Shown piece by piece: positions 27,888 through 40,904 of a stretch of DNA of 64,000 bases; position 1 is the stretch's first letter; each line of letters begins with the position of its first letter. Under the pieces are notes generated by a model that was not told where the DNA came from, made no database searches, and was given only the letters and a program-made list of their open reading frames with translations. The stretch is taken from the NCBI RefSeq assembly GCF_030013595.1, contig NZ_CP122768.1. One strand, given 5' to 3'. This DNA is from Escherichia coli (lineage in GTDB: Bacteria; Pseudomonadota; Gammaproteobacteria; Enterobacterales; Enterobacteriaceae). Made by a program: the position numbers and the translations under genes.

Positions 27888-28131
27888 ATGACAAATAAAC
27901 ACCTATCACTGTTTTCTCCTTTTATGCTGACAGAAAAAAAATAAAGCCATGTAATCGTATCGTTATGGCTCCTATGACGACCTGGTCAGCTAATCCTGAT
28001 GGAACCATCTCTGAGCAAGAACTCGAATATTATAAACGTCGCTCACAAAATATTGGTTTAGTAATTACAGGATATACCTATGTCACGCCAAGGAAATTCA
28101 GGCATCGAAAGGAACTGGCTGGTTTCCGTTA
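27888..28131 (+). pseudogene. Remnant of an Old-Yellow-Enzyme-type NADH:flavin oxidoreductase (frameshifted, 5' part only)
   Basis: MTNKHLSLFSPFMLTEKK* then, at +1, KIKPCNRIVMAPMTTWSANPDGTISEQELEYYKRRSQNIGLVITGYTYVTP... The frameshift is in an A8 run. The homology ends at about 28100. Confidence 0.6.
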
Positions 28132-28611
28132 ATGGATTAAATATCTATTACTCTCCCGAGTGTAAAACTATCAAACCAATGAGTAACCGATACAGCCTCG
28201 CAAATTCTTTCAGATAATTAACCCGTCACTGCGGCACGTTCTCTCATAAGGCGTGCCTGCTGTGTAATCCAGTATGGATCCAGCATAGTTGACGGCTTAA
28301 TAGACTCAATTCCTTTCCCAGGTTACCAACAACGATATCTTGTATAACACCCCAGAAGATACGACATTATGATGAGATGAGGTATGCTCCTCAGCGCCAA
28401 TCAACGCCAGGGCTGGGCCAGTTTTGAGATCAGACTCATTCCCGGACTGACTTCAGGCGACATATATCAATGACGTTGGGGCAATAAAAGATAGCCGATG
28501 TAATACATCTATTCAAATTTGTGATACATGTCAAAAAATTGGTTGACCAAACTCGTTATTTATATAAGGGCACTTACGAAGTGCACTCTTTTTTAAAGCG
28601 AGGAAGTACCA

Positions 28612-28713
28612 ATGAAAGAGAATAAAGTACAACAAATCAGTCATAAACTGATTAATATCGTTGTTTTTGTCGCAATTGTAGAATACGCCTATTTATTTCT
28701 CCATTTCTATTAA
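28612..28713 (+). CDS. ykgR: Small membrane protein YkgR (33 aa)
   Basis: MKENKVQQISHKLINIVVFVAIVEYAYLFLHFY*, with GAGGAAG RBS. Below the ORF-track size cutoff. Confidence 0.7.
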   Translation: MKENKVQQISHKLINIVVFVAIVEYAYLFLHFY

Positions 28714-29042
28714 TAACGGCAATAAACTGTTCACTTCAGTGATATTAAAAAATATGCATCCTCTCCCTTTTTTGTAAGTAATTATTATATCCGTGGGAGA
28801 GGAATACACGCTGTCCGGCAATCAATCAAACTGCGATAAATCATCGGCCAGTAAAATGGAGATAGCCTCCATTCTCGAAAAATTCATACTCTCAGCGAAA
28901 CCATCACTCATCAAGGCGTTTATGGGAGCGTCGCCAATGGCTGCTAACAATGCCAGACTTCCCCGTTGCCGAAATTCCACATACCACAAATGGTCACAGG
29001 GATTGGGTGTTGAAATGATCCGGATGAGCATGTATCTTTATG

Positions 29043-29060
29043 GTTATGTTATAACATAAC
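29043..29060. promoter_or_regulatory. Zur box (perfect 18-bp palindrome) in the ykgM promoter
   Basis: GTTATGTTATAACATAAC is its own reverse complement, 9 nt upstream of the ykgM ATG. It matches the Zur operator core TGTTATAACA-type consensus (recalled). Confidence 0.8.
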
Positions 29061-29068
29061 AGGTAAAA

Positions 29069-29335
29069 ATGATGAAGCCCAATATCCATCCTGAGTATCG
29101 TACTGTGGTGTTCCACGACACCAGTGTTGATGAGTACTTTAAAATCGGCTCGACTATCAAAACAGACCGTGAGATTGAGCTGGATGGCGTAACGTATCCG
29201 TACGTGACAATTGATGTCTCCTCTAAATCGCACCCGTTCTATACAGGGAAGCTGAGAACAGTGGCATCAGAAGGAAATGTTGCACGATTCACCCAACGTT
29301 TTGGTCGTTTTGTTAGCACGAAAAAGGGGGCATGA
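29069..29335 (+). CDS. ykgM: Zinc-independent ribosomal protein L31 paralog (type B)
   Basis: M(M)[28 protein letters not shown].. lacks the CxxC zinc ribbon. The second ATG at 29072 gives the 87-aa form. Confidence 0.9.
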
Positions 29336-29475
29336 TGAAAGTCCTTAACTCTCTGCGTACCGCAAAAGAACGCCATCCAGACTGTCAGATTGTGAAGCGA
29401 AAAGGACGGCTATATGTGATTTGTAAATCTAATCCACGTTTTAAGGCCGTTCAGGGTCGTAAGAAAAAACGTTGA
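29335..29475 (+). CDS. ykgO: Zinc-independent ribosomal protein L36 paralog (type B)
   Basis: [46 protein letters not shown] (46 aa). The ATG overlaps the ykgM TGA (ATGATG). Below the ORF-track cutoff. Confidence 0.9.
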   Translation: MKVLNSLRTAKERHPDCQIVKRKGRLYVICKSNPRFKAVQGRKKKR

Positions 29476-29525
29476 TTCAAAATTCGACGAATTAACGATA
29501 TTTGTCTGATTAATAATCAGACCGG

Positions 29526-29564
29526 ATTAATGTTGGTGTATTTATTACACCAGCATTAATTTTC
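29526..29564 (+). terminator. ykgMO intrinsic terminator
   Basis: ATTAATGTTGGTGTA / TACACCAGCATTAAT is a 15-bp stem (one G-U pair) followed by TTTT. It is preceded by the palindrome GTCTGATTAATAATCAGAC (29504-29522). Confidence 0.7.
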
Positions 29565-29881
29565 CTGAGGATGTATCTTCCTGTTCATTTAAGGTCAACT
29601 GCCTGACGTTTCTCTCCGAATATTCCATTATATTAATGTTGACTTGTTGACCAGGTGCGCCCTGTATGCTGGCATCAACTCTCTTTTAGACTGAACACGC
29701 CACTCAGTTTCCTCCCTTTGCGACGCAGCCTGCATTTACACTCAAACGGTTAAGATGATAAATGTGGTAAATCTGTTGGTACTGACATAAAAACGTTTAC
29801 GCCACAGGAACGGCCTGATCCACCGGTAACCCCATCGCCGACGTTCGAGTGCCAGTTAGAGTAACGCGCACAGATGACTGA

Positions 29882-30106
29882 ATGCAGTGCCCTGGCAAAG
29901 AGGCCATCGTTCCTGTGACAACTGGCAGTCTTCGTTTAACTTCACTTAATTTGGCTCTTAGGGGGCTTACCGGACAGATGACGTACTTACACCTGTTTAA
30001 TTTTTCATCACTTATTGGGATGAACACCCATAACCATTTTGTGCGGCATGTTAATCCATTAAAACACCTTACTGATTGGCAAATCATCTTTAATTATGAC
30101 TCATGA
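29882..30106 (+). CDS. ykgL: Small uncharacterised protein at the ykgL position
   Basis: 74-aa ORF between ykgO and ecpR, where K-12 annotates ykgL. Identity is not verifiable here. Confidence 0.35.
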   Translation: MQCPGKEAIVPVTTGSLRLTSLNLALRGLTGQMTYLHLFNFSSLIGMNTHNHFVRHVNPLKHLTDWQIIFNYDS

Positions 30107-30489
30107 TAGTTTTATATTCTATTTCTTATCATTTAAACTTGTTTTTTTACTAGTCCATTACACAACACATTAAGACTATTCCTAACACCTCAGGGCAAAG
30201 TTCCTGGCTAATATAAAATGCAAGTAAGAATTGAACGTTATATTGCCAATAACCTTATGAAACTGAATGTCTTTTTCTTCTTATCAAAAAAGCAATATTT
30301 TCATTTTTTGTAAATATTGACTTAACCATGGAATTCCTTTTCTGTTCACATATTGACACTCATCAGGAAAAAAACATAAATTTAAACCTAATCGAAATAA
30401 TTAAAACTTAATCTCGTTTAACCTATATTGATATGTGCTACGTATCTTATTTACTTCCGATTTACTAAAGAAACTGAATGTACCTGTAA

Positions 30490-31101
<612 letters not shown>

Positions 31102-31175
31102 ACTCCAGGCAAGTTAGTTTTAAAAAATGACTCACAGGGACATCACGTCCTCAATTCAACTCGGGAAGAAAAGCA

Positions 31176-31763
31176 ATGAAAAAAAAGGTTCTGGCAATAG
31201 CTCTGGTAACGGTGTTTACCGGCATGGGTGTGGCGCAGGCTGCTGACGTAACAGCTCAGGCTGTAGCGACCTGGTCAGCAACAGCCAAAAAAGACACCAC
31301 CAGTAAGCTGGTTGTGACGCCACTCGGTAGCCTGGCGTTCCAGTATGCCGAAGGCATTAAAGGTTTTAACTCACAGAAAGGTCTATTTGACGTAGCTATC
31401 GAGGGTGACTCAACGGCTACCGCCTTTAAACTGACCTCACGTCTTATCACCAACACCTTAACCCAGTTGGATACCTCAGGTTCCACACTGAATGTGGGCG
31501 TTGATTATAACGGCGCGGCAGTCGAAAAAACTGGCGATACCGTGATGATCGATACCGCCAACGGCGTACTGGGCGGCAACCTTAGCCCACTGGCTAACGG
31601 TTACAATGCCAGCAATCGTACCACCGCACAGGATGGTTTCACTTTCTCCATCATCAGCGGCACCACCAATGGTACCACCGCAGTAACCGATTACAGCACT
31701 CTACCGGAAGGCATCTGGAGCGGCGACGTTAGCGTACAGTTCGACGCTACCTGGACCAGTTAA
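31176..31763 (+). CDS. ecpA: Common pilus major subunit EcpA (MatB)
   Basis: 195 aa. Signal peptide [22 protein letters not shown]. Thr/Ser/Gly-rich pilin. Confidence 0.9.
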
Positions 31764-31818
31764 TCTCTCTGATGTACCAGCAGGGGTCCCCCCTGCTTTA
31801 TTCCTGGACGGAATTGTT

Positions 31819-32487
31819 ATGAAAAAGCACCTTCTGCCTCTCGCTCTGCTGTTTTCCGGAATATCTCCGGCCCAGGCGCTGGATGTCGGCGATATATCAT
31901 CGTTTATGAACAGTGACAGCAGCACGCTGAGCAAAACGATCCAAAACAGTACCGACAGTGGCCGCCTCATCAATATCCGTCTCGAACGGCTCTCTTCACC
32001 GCTTGACGACGGGCAGGTTATCGCAATGGACAAGCCGGATGAGTTGCTACTCACTCCCGCCAGCTTGCTGCTACCCGCCCAAGCCAGCGAAGTGATCCGC
32101 TTCTTCTATAAGGGACCAGCAGATGAAAAAGAGCGCTACTACCGCATTGTCTGGTTTGATCAGGCCCTCAGTGATGCGCAGCGCGATAATGCCAACCGTA
32201 GCGCTGTGGCCACTGCTTCCGCCCGCATCGGCACCATTCTGGTCGTCGCCCCCCGCCAGGCGAACTACCACTTTCAGTACGCCAACGGCTCCCTGACAAA
32301 TACAGGAAATGCGACGCTGCGGATCCTCGCCTACGGCCCCTGCCTGAAAGCCGCCAATGGTAAAGAGTGTAAAGAGAATTACTACCTGATGCCGGGCAAG
32401 TCGCGTCGTTTTACCCGCGTGGACACGGCGGATAACAAAGGACGGGTTGCACTTTGGCAGGGTGATAAGTTCATTCCCGTGAAATAG
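31819..32487 (+). CDS. ecpB: EcpB periplasmic chaperone
   Basis: 222 aa with signal peptide. Paralogous to EcpE (shared motifs ..[10 protein letters not shown] / [10 protein letters not shown]). Confidence 0.88.
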
Positions 32488-32512
32488 ATAGCTGTGCAGA
32501 TGGATAATGACA

Positions 32513-35038
32513 ATGCCTTTACGACGGTTCTCCCCAGGACTGAAAGCCCAGTTTGCCTTCGGCATGGTCTTTTTGTTCGTTCAGCCCGATGCCAGCGCTG
32601 CTGACATAAGTGCGCAGCAAATAGGTGGGGTGATTATTCCGCAGGCCTTCAGTCAGGCGCTTCAGGACGGCATGAGCGTCCCACTTTATATTCATCTCGC
32701 CGGTAGCCAGGGGCGCCAGGACGATCAGCGAATCGGCAGCGCTTTTATCTGGCTGGATGATGGACAGCTACGCATCCGGAAAATACAGCTGGAAGAGAGT
32801 GAAGATAACGCCAGTGTCAGCGAACAAACTCGACAGCAGCTGATGGCTCTGGCGAACGCCCCGTTCAATGAGGCCCTTACCATCCCCCTGACTGACAACG
32901 CGCAGCTGGATCTCAGCTTGCGCCAACTGCTGCTGCAGCTAGTGGTCAAGCGCGAAGCGCTGGGCACCGTACTACGCTCACGTAGCGAAGACATCGGGCA
33001 GTCCAGTGTTAACACCCTCAGCAGTAATCTGAGCTATAACTTCGGCGTCTATAACAACCAGTTGCGTAACGGCGGGAGCAACACATCCAGCTATCTGTCG
33101 CTGAATAACGTTACTGCACTGCGCGAACATCACGTGGTGCTCGACGGCTCGCTGTACGGGATCGGTAGCGGTCAACAGGACAGTGAATTATATAAAGCGA
33201 TGTATGAACGCGATTTTGCCGGTCACCGATTTGCCGGTGGAATGCTCGATACCTGGAACTTGCAGTCCTTAGGGCCGATGACCGCCATTTCAGCAGGGAA
33301 GATTTACGGCCTTTCCTGGGGAAACCAGGCCAGCTCCACCATCTTCGACAGCAGCCAGTCAGCCACGCCAGTGATCGCCTTTTTACCGGCGGCGGGCGAA
33401 GTACATCTCACCCGTGATGGGCGGCTACTAAGCGTTCAGAACTTCACCATGGGCAATCATGAAGTGGATACCCGGGGTCTACCGTACGGTATTTACGATG
33501 TGGAAGTTGAGGTAATCGTTAACGGTCGCGTGATCAGCAAACGCACTCAACGGGTCAATAAGCTGTTTAGCCGGGGGCGCGGCGTCGGTGCACCACTGGC
33601 GTGGCAGATATGGGGCGGTAGCTTTCATATGGATCGCTGGTCGGAAAACGGGAAAAAGACGCGACCAGCTAAAGAGAGTTGGCTGGCAGGTGCCTCGACC
33701 TCCGGCTCACTGAGTACGCTTAGCTGGGCGGCAACGGGATATGGATACGATAATCAGGCGGTGGGCGAAACCCGTCTGACGCTGCCGCTTGGGGGGGCGA
33801 TCAACGTTAACCTGCAAAATATGCTGGCCAGTGACAGCTCATGGAGCAACATCGCCAGCATCAGCGCCACTCTACCGGGAGGCTTTAGTTCGCTGTGGGT
33901 TAATCAGGAAAAAACCCGCATTGGCAATCAATTGCGACGTAGCGATGCCGACAACCGTGCAATCGGCGGCACACTCAACCTGAACTCACTGTGGTCGAAG
34001 CTGGGCACATTCAGCATCAGCTACAATGATGACCGCCGTTACAACAGCCATTATTACACGGCAGATTACTATCAAAATGTCTACAGCGGTCCCTTTGGTT
34101 CGCTTGGCCTGCGGGCCGGTATTCAGCGCTATAACAACGGCGACAGCAACGCCAATACAGGGAAATATATCGCTCTCGATCTCTCGCTACCACTGGGCAA
34201 CTGGTTTAGCGCAGGGATGACCCATCAAAACGGCTACACCATGGCAAACCTGTCAGCACGCAAACAGTTTGATGAAGGAACCATTCGCACTGTTGGTGCC
34301 AATCTGTCACGAGCCATCTCCGGCGATACCGGTGATGACAAAACCCTCAGCGGTGGGGCGTATGCACAGTTCGACGCTCGTTACGCCAGCGGAACGCTGA
34401 ACGTTAATAGCGCGGCGGACGGCTACATCAATACCAATTTGACCGCCAACGGCAGCGTCGGCTGGCAGGGTAAAAACATCGCTGCCAGCGGGCGGACCGA
34501 TGGCAACGCTGGGGTGATATTCGACACTGGCCTGGAGAACGATGGTCAGATCAGCGCCAAAATCAACGGGCGGATTTTCCCGCTTAACGGCAAGCGTAAC
34601 TATCTCCCGCTCTCTCCCTATGGAAGATATGAGGTGGAGTTGCAGAACAGCAAAAACTCACTCGACAGTTACGATATCGTCAGCGGTCGCAAAAGTCATC
34701 TGACTCTCTATCCAGGCAATGTCGCTGTCATTGAGCCAGAGGTGAAGCAGATGGTTACCGTCTCCGGTCGTATCCGTGCGGAAGACGGCACACTGCTGGC
34801 TAACGCACGGATTAACAACCATATCGGCCGAACCCGAACCGATGAAAACGGCGAGTTTGTCATGGACGTGGATAAGAAATACCCCACTATCGATTTTCGC
34901 TACAGTGGCAATAAAACCTGCGAAGTGGCACTGGAACTCAACCAGGCGCGCGGTGCCGTCTGGGTCGGTGATGTGGTCTGCAGCGGCCTCTCATCGTGGG
35001 CGGCGGTGACGCAGACAGGAGAAGAGAATGAGAGTTAA
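32513..35038 (+). CDS. ecpC: EcpC outer-membrane usher
   Basis: 841 aa from [29 protein letters not shown]. Large beta-rich protein between the chaperone and tip-adhesin genes. Confidence 0.88.
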   Translation: MPLRRFSPGLKAQFAFGMVFLFVQPDASAADISAQQIGGVIIPQAFSQALQDGMSVPLYIHLAGSQGRQDDQRIGSAFIWLDDGQLRIRKIQLEESEDNASVSEQTRQQLMALANAPFNEALTIPLTDNAQLDLSLRQLLLQLVVKREALGTVLRSRSEDIGQSSVNTLSSNLSYNFGVYNNQLRNGGSNTSSYLSLNNVTALREHHVVLDGSLYGIGSGQQDSELYKAMYERDFAGHRFAGGMLDTWNLQSLGPMTAISAGKIYGLSWGNQASSTIFDSSQSATPVIAFLPAAGEVHLTRDGRLLSVQNFTMGNHEVDTRGLPYGIYDVEVEVIVNGRVISKRTQRVNKLFSRGRGVGAPLAWQIWGGSFHMDRWSENGKKTRPAKESWLAGASTSGSLSTLSWAATGYGYDNQAVGETRLTLPLGGAINVNLQNMLASDSSWSNIASISATLPGGFSSLWVNQEKTRIGNQLRRSDADNRAIGGTLNLNSLWSKLGTFSISYNDDRRYNSHYYTADYYQNVYSGPFGSLGLRAGIQRYNNGDSNANTGKYIALDLSLPLGNWFSAGMTHQNGYTMANLSARKQFDEGTIRTVGANLSRAISGDTGDDKTLSGGAYAQFDARYASGTLNVNSAADGYINTNLTANGSVGWQGKNIAASGRTDGNAGVIFDTGLENDGQISAKINGRIFPLNGKRNYLPLSPYGRYEVELQNSKNSLDSYDIVSGRKSHLTLYPGNVAVIEPEVKQMVTVSGRIRAEDGTLLANARINNHIGRTRTDENGEFVMDVDKKYPTIDFRYSGNKTCEVALELNQARGAVWVGDVVCSGLSSWAAVTQTGEENES

Positions 35039-36671
35039 CCTACTGATAGCGATGATAATCTTTGCGCTAATCTGGCCTGCAACCGCGCTCAGAGCGGCAG
35101 TGAGCAAAACAACCTGGGCGGATGCTCCGGCACGCGAGTTTGTGTTTGTCGAAAACAACTCAGACGACAACTTTTTCGTCACGCCTGGCGGGGCGCTGGA
35201 TCCGCGCCTGACCGGTGCCAACCGCTGGACCGGTTTAAAATACACTGGCTCAGGAACCATCTATCAGCAAAGCCTCGGCTACATTGATAACGGTTACAAC
35301 ACCGGCCTTTATACCAACTGGAAGTTTGATATGTGGCTGGAAAATTCACCAGTTTCATCTCCTTTAACTGGCTTGCGCTGCATCAACTGGTACGCAGGGT
35401 GTAATATGACCACCAGTCTTATCCTGCCGCAAACCACCGACGCCAGTGGATTTTATGGCGCGACGGTGACCAGCGGCGGCGCGAAGTGGATGCACGGCAT
35501 GTTGTCAGACGCGTTTTACCAGTATCTGCAACAAATGCCCGTCGGCAGCAGCTTTACAATGACCATCAATGCCTGCCAGACCTCTGTGAACTATGACGCC
35601 AGTAGCGGCGCACGCTGTAAGGATCAGGCCTCCGGCAACTGGTATGTTCGCAACGTCACCCATACGAAAGCAGCAAATCTGCGGTTGATAAATACCCACT
35701 CGCTGGCGGAAGTATTTATCAACAGCGACGGAGTACCGACTCTGGGCGAAGGGAACGCCGACTGCCGGACGCAAACCATCGGCAGCCGTTCAGGATTAAG
35801 TTGTAAGATGGTTAACTATACCCTGCAAACAAACGGACTCAGCAACACCTCAATCCATATCTTCCCGGCGATCGCCAACTCGTCGTTAGCCTCGGCCGTC
35901 GGGGCGTACGATATGCAGTTCAGTCTGAATGGCAGTTCATGGAAACCGGTGAGCAATACTGCCTATTACTACACCTTCAACGAGATGAAGAGCGCAGACT
36001 CGATCTATGTTTTCTTCTCGAGCAACTTCTTTAAGCAGATGGTGAACCTCGGGATCAGCGATATCAACACCAAAGATCTATTCAACTTTCGCTTTCAGAA
36101 CACCACATCACCGGAGTCTGGCTGGTATGAATTTTCTACCTCCAACACGCTGATTATCAAACCCCGTGATTTCAGCATCAGTATTATCTCCGATGAATAT
36201 ACTCAGACACCGTCGCGGGAGGGATATGTTGGCAGCGGCGAGTCGGCACTCGATTTCGGCTATATCGTAACCACCAGCGGTAAAACAGCTGCCGACGAAG
36301 TGCTGATCAAGGTGACCGGACCCGCGCAGGTGATTGGCGGGCGCTCCTATTGTGTCTTCAGCTCCGATGACGGTAAGGCGAAAGTACCGTTCCCGGCGAC
36401 ACTTTCCTTTATTACCCGCAACGGAGCTACAAAAACCTACGATGCCGGGTGCGATGATAGCTGGCGGGATATGACCGATGCGCTGTGGTTGACCACACCG
36501 TGGACTGATATCTCTGGCGAAGTGGGGCAGATGGATAAGACCACAGTCAAATTTTCGATTCCAATGGATAACGCCATTTCGCTGCGTACGGTAGATGATA
36601 ACGGCTGGTTTGGCGAAGTCAGCGCTTCAGGAGAAATTCATGTTCAGGCGACGTGGCGTAACATTAACTAA
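35028..36671 (+). CDS. ecpD: EcpD tip adhesin / polymerised minor pilin
   Basis: 547 aa with signal peptide [23 protein letters not shown]. Overlaps the ecpC end by 11 nt. Confidence 0.88.
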   Translation: MRVNLLIAMIIFALIWPATALRAAVSKTTWADAPAREFVFVENNSDDNFFVTPGGALDPRLTGANRWTGLKYTGSGTIYQQSLGYIDNGYNTGLYTNWKFDMWLENSPVSSPLTGLRCINWYAGCNMTTSLILPQTTDASGFYGATVTSGGAKWMHGMLSDAFYQYLQQMPVGSSFTMTINACQTSVNYDASSGARCKDQASGNWYVRNVTHTKAANLRLINTHSLAEVFINSDGVPTLGEGNADCRTQTIGSRSGLSCKMVNYTLQTNGLSNTSIHIFPAIANSSLASAVGAYDMQFSLNGSSWKPVSNTAYYYTFNEMKSADSIYVFFSSNFFKQMVNLGISDINTKDLFNFRFQNTTSPESGWYEFSTSNTLIIKPRDFSISIISDEYTQTPSREGYVGSGESALDFGYIVTTSGKTAADEVLIKVTGPAQVIGGRSYCVFSSDDGKAKVPFPATLSFITRNGATKTYDAGCDDSWRDMTDALWLTTPWTDISGEVGQMDKTTVKFSIPMDNAISLRTVDDNGWFGEVSASGEIHVQATWRNIN

Positions 36672-37350
36672 GGCCCTGCTGACAGCGGTCTGTATGCTGG
36701 CGGCACCTTTGACACAGGCGATTTCGGTCGGCAATCTGACATTTTCGCTGCCGTCCGAGACTGACTTTGTCAGCAAACGTGTAGTGAATAACAACAAAAG
36801 CGCACGGATATACCGTATTGCCATCAGTGCTATCGATAGCCCGGGCAGCAGTGAATTGCGCACCCGACCGGTGGATGGTGAACTGCTTTTCGCCCCCCGC
36901 CAGCTGGCGTTGCAGGCTGGTGAGAGCGAGTATTTTAAATTTTACTATCATGGTCCACGGGATAACCGCGAGCGCTACTACCGGGTCTCATTTCGCGAGG
37001 TCCCCACTCGCAACCAGACAAGACGCAGCCCAACCGGCGGCGAGGTCAGCACGGAGCCGGTGGTGGTGATGGATACCATTCTGGTAGTACGACCTCGTCA
37101 GGTTCAGTTTAAATGGTCCTTCGACAAGGTGACAGGAACGGTAAGTAACACTGGCAACACGTGGTTTAAGCTACTGATTAAGCCAGGATGTGATTCGACC
37201 GAAGAGGAAGGCGATGCCTGGTATCTACGTCCGGGAGACGTAGTTCATCAGCCTGAGTTACGTCAGCCGGGGAATCATTATCTGGTCTATAACGACAAAT
37301 TCATTAAGATTAGCGATTCCTGTCCTGCTAAGCCCCCTTCGGCGGACTAA
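36640..37350 (+). CDS. ecpE: EcpE second chaperone
   Basis: 236 aa from [27 protein letters not shown]. The ORF-track start at 36595 lies inside ecpD. Confidence 0.85.
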   Translation: MFRRRGVTLTKALLTAVCMLAAPLTQAISVGNLTFSLPSETDFVSKRVVNNNKSARIYRIAISAIDSPGSSELRTRPVDGELLFAPRQLALQAGESEYFKFYYHGPRDNRERYYRVSFREVPTRNQTRRSPTGGEVSTEPVVVMDTILVVRPRQVQFKWSFDKVTGTVSNTGNTWFKLLIKPGCDSTEEEGDAWYLRPGDVVHQPELRQPGNHYLVYNDKFIKISDSCPAKPPSAD

Positions 37351-37663
37351 GACTTATCCATCGGACGAGGGAAGAACTCCACCTCAGAGACTCAAATAAT
37401 CGTTTAAATGATGTGGAAGCGATCGTCAATGTCACCTGTAATGATGGGCTTTCTCATATGTACACCATAGTGTTCAGGAGACACGGAAAGGTACCAGGCA
37501 GCCTGCTAACGAGTGGTTTATTCACGAATTAGTACGTAAAATCGGTAACGGCTGGAAATCATTCAATACTCACACTATCGAAAGTACACCAGCCAACCGC
37601 GGTACGTTCTTACATACGATGTACCGCTGTTCTCTTTACGATTTATAGCTGTACTGGTGAATT

Positions 37664-37993
37664 ATGAGCAATCTGAATCCATGCATGACGTGTGGTGCCT
37701 GTTGTGCATTTTTCCGCGTCTCTTTTTACTGGGCCGAAGCCGACGATGCTGGCGGTACCATTCCCGCCAGGCTCACTGAACAAATATCCCCTTTTCACCG
37801 ATGCATGAGCGGTACCAATCAGAAAAACCCCCGATGTATTGCCCTTGCAGGAACACCGGGCAAAAATGCCTGCTGCACGATATATAAAAATCGATCGTCC
37901 ACGTGCAGAGAATTCGCCATGTCTGGTGAGAACGGAGTCGTCAATGAGGCTTGCAATCGTGCAAGAGCTAAATACGGGCTGACACCGTTATAA
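37664..37993 (+). CDS. ykgJ: YkgJ-family zinc/iron-chelating (CxxCxxCC) protein
   Basis: 109 aa. N-terminus [15 protein letters not shown]. Confidence 0.85.
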
Positions 37994-38014
37994 ATATGCA
38001 ATAATTAATTGCAC

Positions 38015-38048
38015 TGCCCCGCCAGCTATAATCGCGGGGCTTCGTTTT
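38015..38048 (+). terminator. ykgJ intrinsic terminator
   Basis: GCCCCGC (38015-38021) pairs with GCGGGGC (38033-38039), followed by TTCGTTTTT. Confidence 0.7.
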
Positions 38049-38199
38049 TCAGGGATAACAAAACCCGAAACTTCTTCCATCTGCCAGCAACAATGCCTCT
38101 TCCTCTATAGTGTTCTCCGGATCTACAGCATCCTGAAGTAGCGCGATGTACTCATTGGCTATCTGCATCAGAAAGTTAAAAACAATGTTTTTAACCTAT

Positions 38200-38229
38200 A
38201 AAAATGGCGCTTTATTTGCGCCATTTTTA
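38200..38229. terminator. Bidirectional hairpin terminator downstream of yagU
   Basis: AATGGCGC tttattt GCGCCATT, flanked by A-runs and T-runs. Confidence 0.7.
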
Positions 38230-38241
38230 TCATTCAATGCA

Positions 38242-38856
38242 TTATCTGTTTGAGCCTAAAGGGATCTCAGGGTCTGGCTCATGAGTAATTCTGTTTCGTA
38301 AATCTCTGCGAATAATTTCAATGGACCAGAACCAGACTAAATGTCCAAAAATTTCAGAAACATTCTCATACCAAGGGAGATCAAACAGAGGTGGCGTCAG
38401 TCCCATGAGAGGGAATGAAATCATATGAACAAAAAGTTGGGCTAAAGCACCTGCCAGTAAGCCCTGCCAGAGTTTAATTTTTGGAAATACTTCAGCGACC
38501 ACACAATAACCGACAGCAAACACTATCGAAAAGATAATGTGCGTAACACCAACCCAGTTAAAGACATGCCCGGCAAAGGTATAAACAGCCGCATTGGGAT
38601 CTGTCAGCCCCAACCAGTCTCGAAGAAAAATATACGGAGGATTGAGAAAATTACGGGAGCAATCAATTTGCCCAGCAGCCCTGATTAATGATTCCGGGCC
38701 ACACGCTGCATTAAACATATCCACCGGGCTACGTGGCGGCAATGGAACTTCAGCCCCCCACTTCACAAATGCGGAAACAACGCCAGCAATCAGCCCAATG
38801 AATGCAGCAAGACCATAACGTCTGCGGTTCGGTGGAGTTTGTTCAAATATATTCAT
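38242..38856 (-). CDS. yagU: DUF1440 inner-membrane protein YagU
   Basis: 204 aa with several TM helices. Matches my recollection of YagU. Confidence 0.85.
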
Positions 38857-39261
38857 ATCTACCCTGCTTGTACCATTATGTTATACACCTCTTCAGGAGT
38901 ATTCATAAAACAAGACAAATGTAAAGAACCGTATTGTTTTGTATAATGCAATGGTGCCTAATCGCCAATTAATATAAGCACCATCATTTCTCCCTATTTT
39001 TATATTAGAAGTGACAACGATTTGCAGGGTAATGCAGAGCTGACAATCACAGGTTTCCTTATCGGTTTTTGCATCGCACAACTAAAGCAATAAACTAGCT
39101 CCCGTCATCGGCGAATATGAATTAATTAGCCGGGCTCATAGCTGCATTCGCGTTTTAAGAATAATCCTCCTGCTCTCACCGACTATGCTTAACGTTTAAA
39201 AAAGCATCAGCACTCTCGCAACGCACTCTTATTTTCCCCTTTAGAATACCGGAGGCCTGGT

Positions 39262-39951
39262 ATGAGCAACCAAGGCGAATACCCCGAAGATAATCGGGTT
39301 GGGAAGCACGAGCCGCACGATTTTAGTTTGACCCGTCGCGATCTGATTAAAGTCAGCGCCGCAACGGCGGCGACCGCCGTGGTTTATCCTCATTCTACGC
39401 TTGCAGCAAGCGTTCCGGCAGCTACACCCGCGCCAGAGATAATGCCCCTGACACTTAAGGTGAGCGGCAAAACCGAGCAGCTTGAGGTGGATACCCGAAC
39501 CACGCTACTGGACGCTTTGCGTGAAAATCTGCATCTGATCGGTACCAAGAAAGGTTGCGATCACGGGCAGTGCGGAGCCTGTACCGTGCTGGTCAATGGT
39601 CGCAGGCTTAATGCCTGCCTGACGCTTGCAGTCATGCATCAGGGGGCCGAGATCACCACCATTGAAGGCCTGGGTTCACCAGATAATCTTCACCCCATGC
39701 AGGCGGCCTTTATCAAGCATGATGGCTTCCAGTGCGGCTACTGCACCTCCGGGCAAATTTGCTCATCAGTAGCGGTGCTAAAAGAGATTCAGGACGGCAT
39801 TCCCAGTCACGTCACGGTCGATTTGGTTTCCGCTCCAGAAACAACTGCCGATGAGATCCGTGAACGTATGAGCGGCAACATCTGTCGCTGTGGTGCATAC
39901 GCTAACATCCTTGCCGCCATTGAAGATGCTGCGGGGGAGATAAAATCATGA
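39262..39951 (+). CDS. paoA: Periplasmic aldehyde oxidoreductase 2Fe-2S subunit PaoA (YagT)
   Basis: Tat signal ([19 protein letters not shown]). Cluster motifs [11 protein letters not shown] and [14 protein letters not shown]. Confidence 0.92.
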   Translation: MSNQGEYPEDNRVGKHEPHDFSLTRRDLIKVSAATAATAVVYPHSTLAASVPAATPAPEIMPLTLKVSGKTEQLEVDTRTTLLDALRENLHLIGTKKGCDHGQCGACTVLVNGRRLNACLTLAVMHQGAEITTIEGLGSPDNLHPMQAAFIKHDGFQCGYCTSGQICSSVAVLKEIQDGIPSHVTVDLVSAPETTADEIRERMSGNICRCGAYANILAAIEDAAGEIKS

Positions 39952-40904
39952 AGGCGTTTACCTATGAACGAGTGAACACCCCGGCCGAGGCGGCACTTAG
40001 CGCTCAGCGCGTACCCGGCGCAAAATTTATCGCTGGCGGGACCAATCTGCTGGACCTGATGAAGCTGGAAATTGAAACGCCAACCCACCTTATCGATGTG
40101 AACGGGCTCGGGCTCGATAAGATTGAAGTGACCGACGCGGGTGGGCTGCGCATCGGCGCACTGGTACGGAACACCGACCTGGCAGCTCACGAGCGCGTGC
40201 GTCGTGATTATGCGGTACTCTCCCGCGCCCTGCTCGCTGGCGCGTCTGGTCAGTTACGCAATCAGGCAACCACCGCAGGTAATCTGCTCCAGCGCACGCG
40301 CTGCCCCTATTTTTACGACACCAATCAGCCCTGCAATAAGCGCCTGCCCGGAAGCGGCTGCGCGGCACTTGAAGGCTTTAGCCGTCAGCACGCGGTGGTA
40401 GGCGTAAGCGAAGCCTGCATTGCCACCCATCCGAGCGATATGGCGGTCGCAATGCGGTTGCTGGATGCGGTGGTGGAAACCATCACGCCGGAGGGAAAGA
40501 CTCGCAGTATCACACTGGCTGATTTTTATCACCCTCCGGGAAAAACGCCGCACATTGAAACCGCCCTGCTTCCCGGTGAGCTTATCGTTGCGGTGACGTT
40601 ACCTCCGCCGCTCGGCGGAAAACATATCTACCGCAAGGTGCGCGATCGCGCCTCCTACGCCTTTGCCCTTGTATCGGTCGCGGCGATTATTAAGCCTGAC
40701 GGCAGCGGGCGCGTCGCGCTGGGCGGAGTAGCACATAAGCCCTGGCGCATTGAGGCTGCGGATGCTCAGCTATCCCAGGGGGCGCAGGCCGTGTATGACG
40801 CGCTGTTCGCCAGCGCCCATCCCACCGCTGAAAATACCTTTAAACTCCTGTTGGCGAAGCGAACGCTTGCCTCCGTACTGGCTGAAGCGAGGGCACTGGC
40901 ATGA
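39948..40904 (+). CDS. paoB: PaoB (YagS) FAD-binding subunit
   Basis: 318 aa. [17 protein letters not shown]_binding_5 motif. ATGA coupling to paoA and paoC. Confidence 0.92.
   Translation: MKAFTYERVNTPAEAALSAQRVPGAKFIAGGTNLLDLMKLEIETPTHLIDVNGLGLDKIEVTDAGGLRIGALVRNTDLAAHERVRRDYAVLSRALLAGASGQLRNQATTAGNLLQRTRCPYFYDTNQPCNKRLPGSGCAALEGFSRQHAVVGVSEACIATHPSDMAVAMRLLDAVVETITPEGKTRSITLADFYHPPGKTPHIETALLPGELIVAVTLPPPLGGKHIYRKVRDRASYAFALVSVAAIIKPDGSGRVALGGVAHKPWRIEAADAQLSQGAQAVYDALFASAHPTAENTFKLLLAKRTLASVLAEARALA

Noticed and set aside
38063-38182. 39-aa minus-strand ORF (MQIANEYIALLQDAVDPENTIEEEALLLADGRSFGFCYP*) between ykgJ and yagU
   Set aside because: It has no recognisable RBS and sits between two terminators. 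It could be a small protein, but the sequence alone gives no support.
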